Source: Antechinus flavipes (taxonomy: Eukaryota). From it: a stretch of 64,000 nt of DNA. How positions within the stretch are numbered: position 1 is the first letter of the stretch; every line of letters starts with the position of its first letter. Both the position numbers and the translations under genes were made by a program. The notes below the pieces were generated by a model. That model made no database searches, was not told the DNA's origin, and saw only the letters and a program-made list of their open reading frames with translations. This document shows, one piece after another, positions 62,005 through 64,000 of this stretch. The stretch lies in the NCBI RefSeq assembly GCF_016432865.1, contig NC_067401.1, forward strand, positions 37,696,001 through 37,760,000, read 5' to 3'.

Positions 62005-62370
62005 TCAGCAGCAGCTCCCAGAGCTACCACAGCAGCCCCCAGACTGCTGGCTGTGCCCACTACCATTGTCACAGCAGTCAGACCTCTGGTGTCTGTGTCT
62101 GTGGGATCTCCTATGATGGGAAAAGAGGCAGCAGCCACCCCCAGAGCCAGAGCTGCAGCATCCCCCAGAGCTGGACCCACAGCATCCCCCGGAGCTGCAG
62201 CATCCTCCAGAGCTAGAGCCACAGCAGGAAGACACTGGAGGAGGGCATGGAGCCTGGGGAGGGCACTTGGGAGGACACTTGGGAGGACACTTGGGTGTCT
62301 GACACTTAGGAGGACACTTAGGGGAACACTTAGGGGCCTGGCACTGCTGCTGGCTTTGCTGGCAGGACAT
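62005..62370 (-). CDS. LCE: Late cornified envelope protein, gene 8 (121 aa, type B)
   Basis: Intact LCE ORF; acceptor AG at 62393-62392. Confidence 0.95.
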   Translation of the reverse strand: MSCQQSQQQCQAPKCSPKCPPKCQTPKCPPKCPPKCPPQAPCPPPVSSCCGSSSGGCCSSGGCCGSSSGGCCSSGSGGGCCLFSHHRRSHRHRHQRSDCCDNGSGHSQQSGGCCGSSGSCC

Positions 62371-62785
62371 CTTGGTGGGAGTTCAGTAAATCTGAAAGAC
62401 AATAAAGAATTTGTTCAGATGAAATGTCCTGAGGACACCATTTGACTTCCAGTTCATGAAAGTTTCCAGACAATCAGACCACAGCTCCTCCTCCCCATCG
62501 TCTTCAAATAGACACCAGACCCTTTATGATTGTTTTCTGGGAACATCCAAAGTGGTTCTCTGTCAATCTAGACCAAATCCAAAATATCAGCTTCTATTCT
62601 TCATCAACCACTGTACTTCTCACCCATTTAAACTTTCCTCCTCTCACACTCTCTATACACAAATTTCCTTTATCCCATCTGCTGTCTTCTTTCCCATTCC
62701 TCCTTTCCTCTGCTTTATACTCTTCTTTCCTCTCTTCCAACATCCTCCATCAAGTCCTTTACCAGGCTTTTATGCAGACACTCAC

Positions 62786-62865
62786 CTTGATCACAGATAT
62801 GAACAGGAGCTGTCTGCAGAAGAACTGAAGTGAATGAGGATCCAGGAACAGGGATACCTTTTATA
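62786..62865 (-). promoter_or_regulatory. Gene 8 TATA box (62859-62865) and non-coding exon 1 (~62835 to 62786); intron 62392-62785
   Basis: TATAAAA on -, donor gtgatcaag|gtgagtg. Confidence 0.85.
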
Positions 62866-63104
62866 GGATATCCCAGAATGAGCTGTTGGCATGAGATCCA
62901 GATCTCTAGGAGGAAGATTGTATTTCCCAACCATGTGTCAGACAATTCCTGACATTCTCTAAACTGACATGTGCTAACACATGGATCATTGAGGAGTTAA
63001 GGGATGTTAGAAGACATCTTATTTAGCTGACTCATTTACAGATGAAGACATTTAAATCCTTATACTCTATAGATGTCTTGTTTAAAGTTATAGAAATAAG
63101 TAGA

Positions 63105-63352
63105 GTTGTTGTTATTATTATTCCTTTTTCTCAATCATGTTTGAAATTAATCTCCTGATTTGTATTTTCTTAACAAAGATACTGAAGGGGATTGCCATTT
63201 CCTTCTGCAGCTCATTTTACAATAGAGGAAACTGAAGCAACAGGGTTATGTAACATGCCACGGTCATACAGCTAATCAGTGTCTGAGACTAGTGTCAGAT
63301 CTACCTGACTCTAGAGCTAGTGTTCTCTCCACTGAACCTCCTAGCTGCCCAG
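63105..63352 (-). mobile_element. MAR1-like SINE with 8 bp TSD TAAGTAGA
   Basis: TAAGTAGA at 63097-63104 and 63353-63360; cagctcattttaca..gaggaaactgaagc core; ends cctcctagctgcc. Confidence 0.8.
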
Positions 63353-64000
63353 TAAGTAGATTAGCAAAGGCTTATAATGTTAACCCTCCAAATGAAATCC
63401 ATGTTCTTTTCATTACTCCATAACAAAAAAGAAAATCTGTTGCAACTTTACTAGTAAAAGAAGATCAAAATCATGTTTTCTGTTCCTTGAAAAGATTGGG
63501 CAGTCTCAGTTCAAATAGTATACTAGGGAATTACATGAATTTTAGTCATTGGGTAAAAATCAGTGGCTTTAGTCACTGAGGCCTTGTTCGCTTCTAGACA
63601 ATTTTCATGTGGTTTCATACCATTTTGTTCTACATGAGATGCAGAGTAGCATAGCAGAAAGAGCCTTCAGTTCCTGTCACACAACATAAATTCAAATCCT
63701 CACGCTATTTCTTATTACTTGTATAAAGTAGGGCAAATCACCTCAACTTACATTTTAATGTAAGTTTTAAATTCTTCATCTCTAAAATGAATATATCAGA
63801 ATATATGGCCTCTGTCTCTGGGACAATTTCACTTTGTCCTTAGCTTCACTTTGACTTATTTCTATGGGATATCCTCCTTTTTTGACTCCATTCTTATAGA
63901 AAATCACTTCTCAAGAGAGACCTTCAAATATATTCCCCTAAAACACTACCATCCCTTTTTAAAAATGTCTACCCAAAGGTTGGGAATAAAAGACCATCCA

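Larger units (their letters stand above)
15900..64000. repeat. Tandem segmental array of six LCE units (genes 3-8), period 8.4-9.8 kb
   Basis: Poly(A) signals at 15903, 24301, 34052, 43477, 52959 and 61819. Intergenic blocks recur in the same order in each unit, e.g. ttatttgaa.tgagttactcctgaggata at ~28385, 38205, 48170, 58940 and the gtaagtggc/ccat tract. Confidence 0.9.

Noticed and set aside
1-64000. CRISPR arrays, rRNA/tRNA genes, operons or other prokaryotic systems
   Set aside because: The sequence is AT-rich, intron-containing, SINE/LINE-rich mammalian DNA; none were seen. The repeats in the CDSs are peptide modules, not repeat-spacer arrays.

Overview
This is mammalian genomic DNA, and the window is a late cornified envelope (LCE) gene cluster of the epidermal differentiation complex. 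The SINE and LINE sequences look marsupial (MAR1/WSINE1-like SINEs, marsupial-type L1 3' ends). A dasyurid is plausible, but that rests on recognition from memory, not a database search. There are 8 intact LCE coding exons (gene 1 on +, genes 2-8 on -). Genes 2-8 each have a TATA box, a short non-coding exon 1, one intron ending just before the ATG, and an AATAAA signal. Genes 3-8 sit in a tandem array with an 8.4-9.8 kb period whose intergenic DNA is paralogous. Copy-specific L1, LTR and SINE insertions and two multi-kb deletions mark the array's history. The most unusual feature is a ~135 bp LCE 5' coding fragment inserted in inverted orientation ~750 bp upstream of the gene 6 TATA box. It forms an inverted repeat with gene 6 and a chimeric 78-codon ORF behind an acceptor-like site. 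The sequence does not demonstrate a new biological system; the closest candidate is a hypothetical hairpin/antisense RNA built from that inverted fragment. Family names for repeats and protein subfamilies are unverified.
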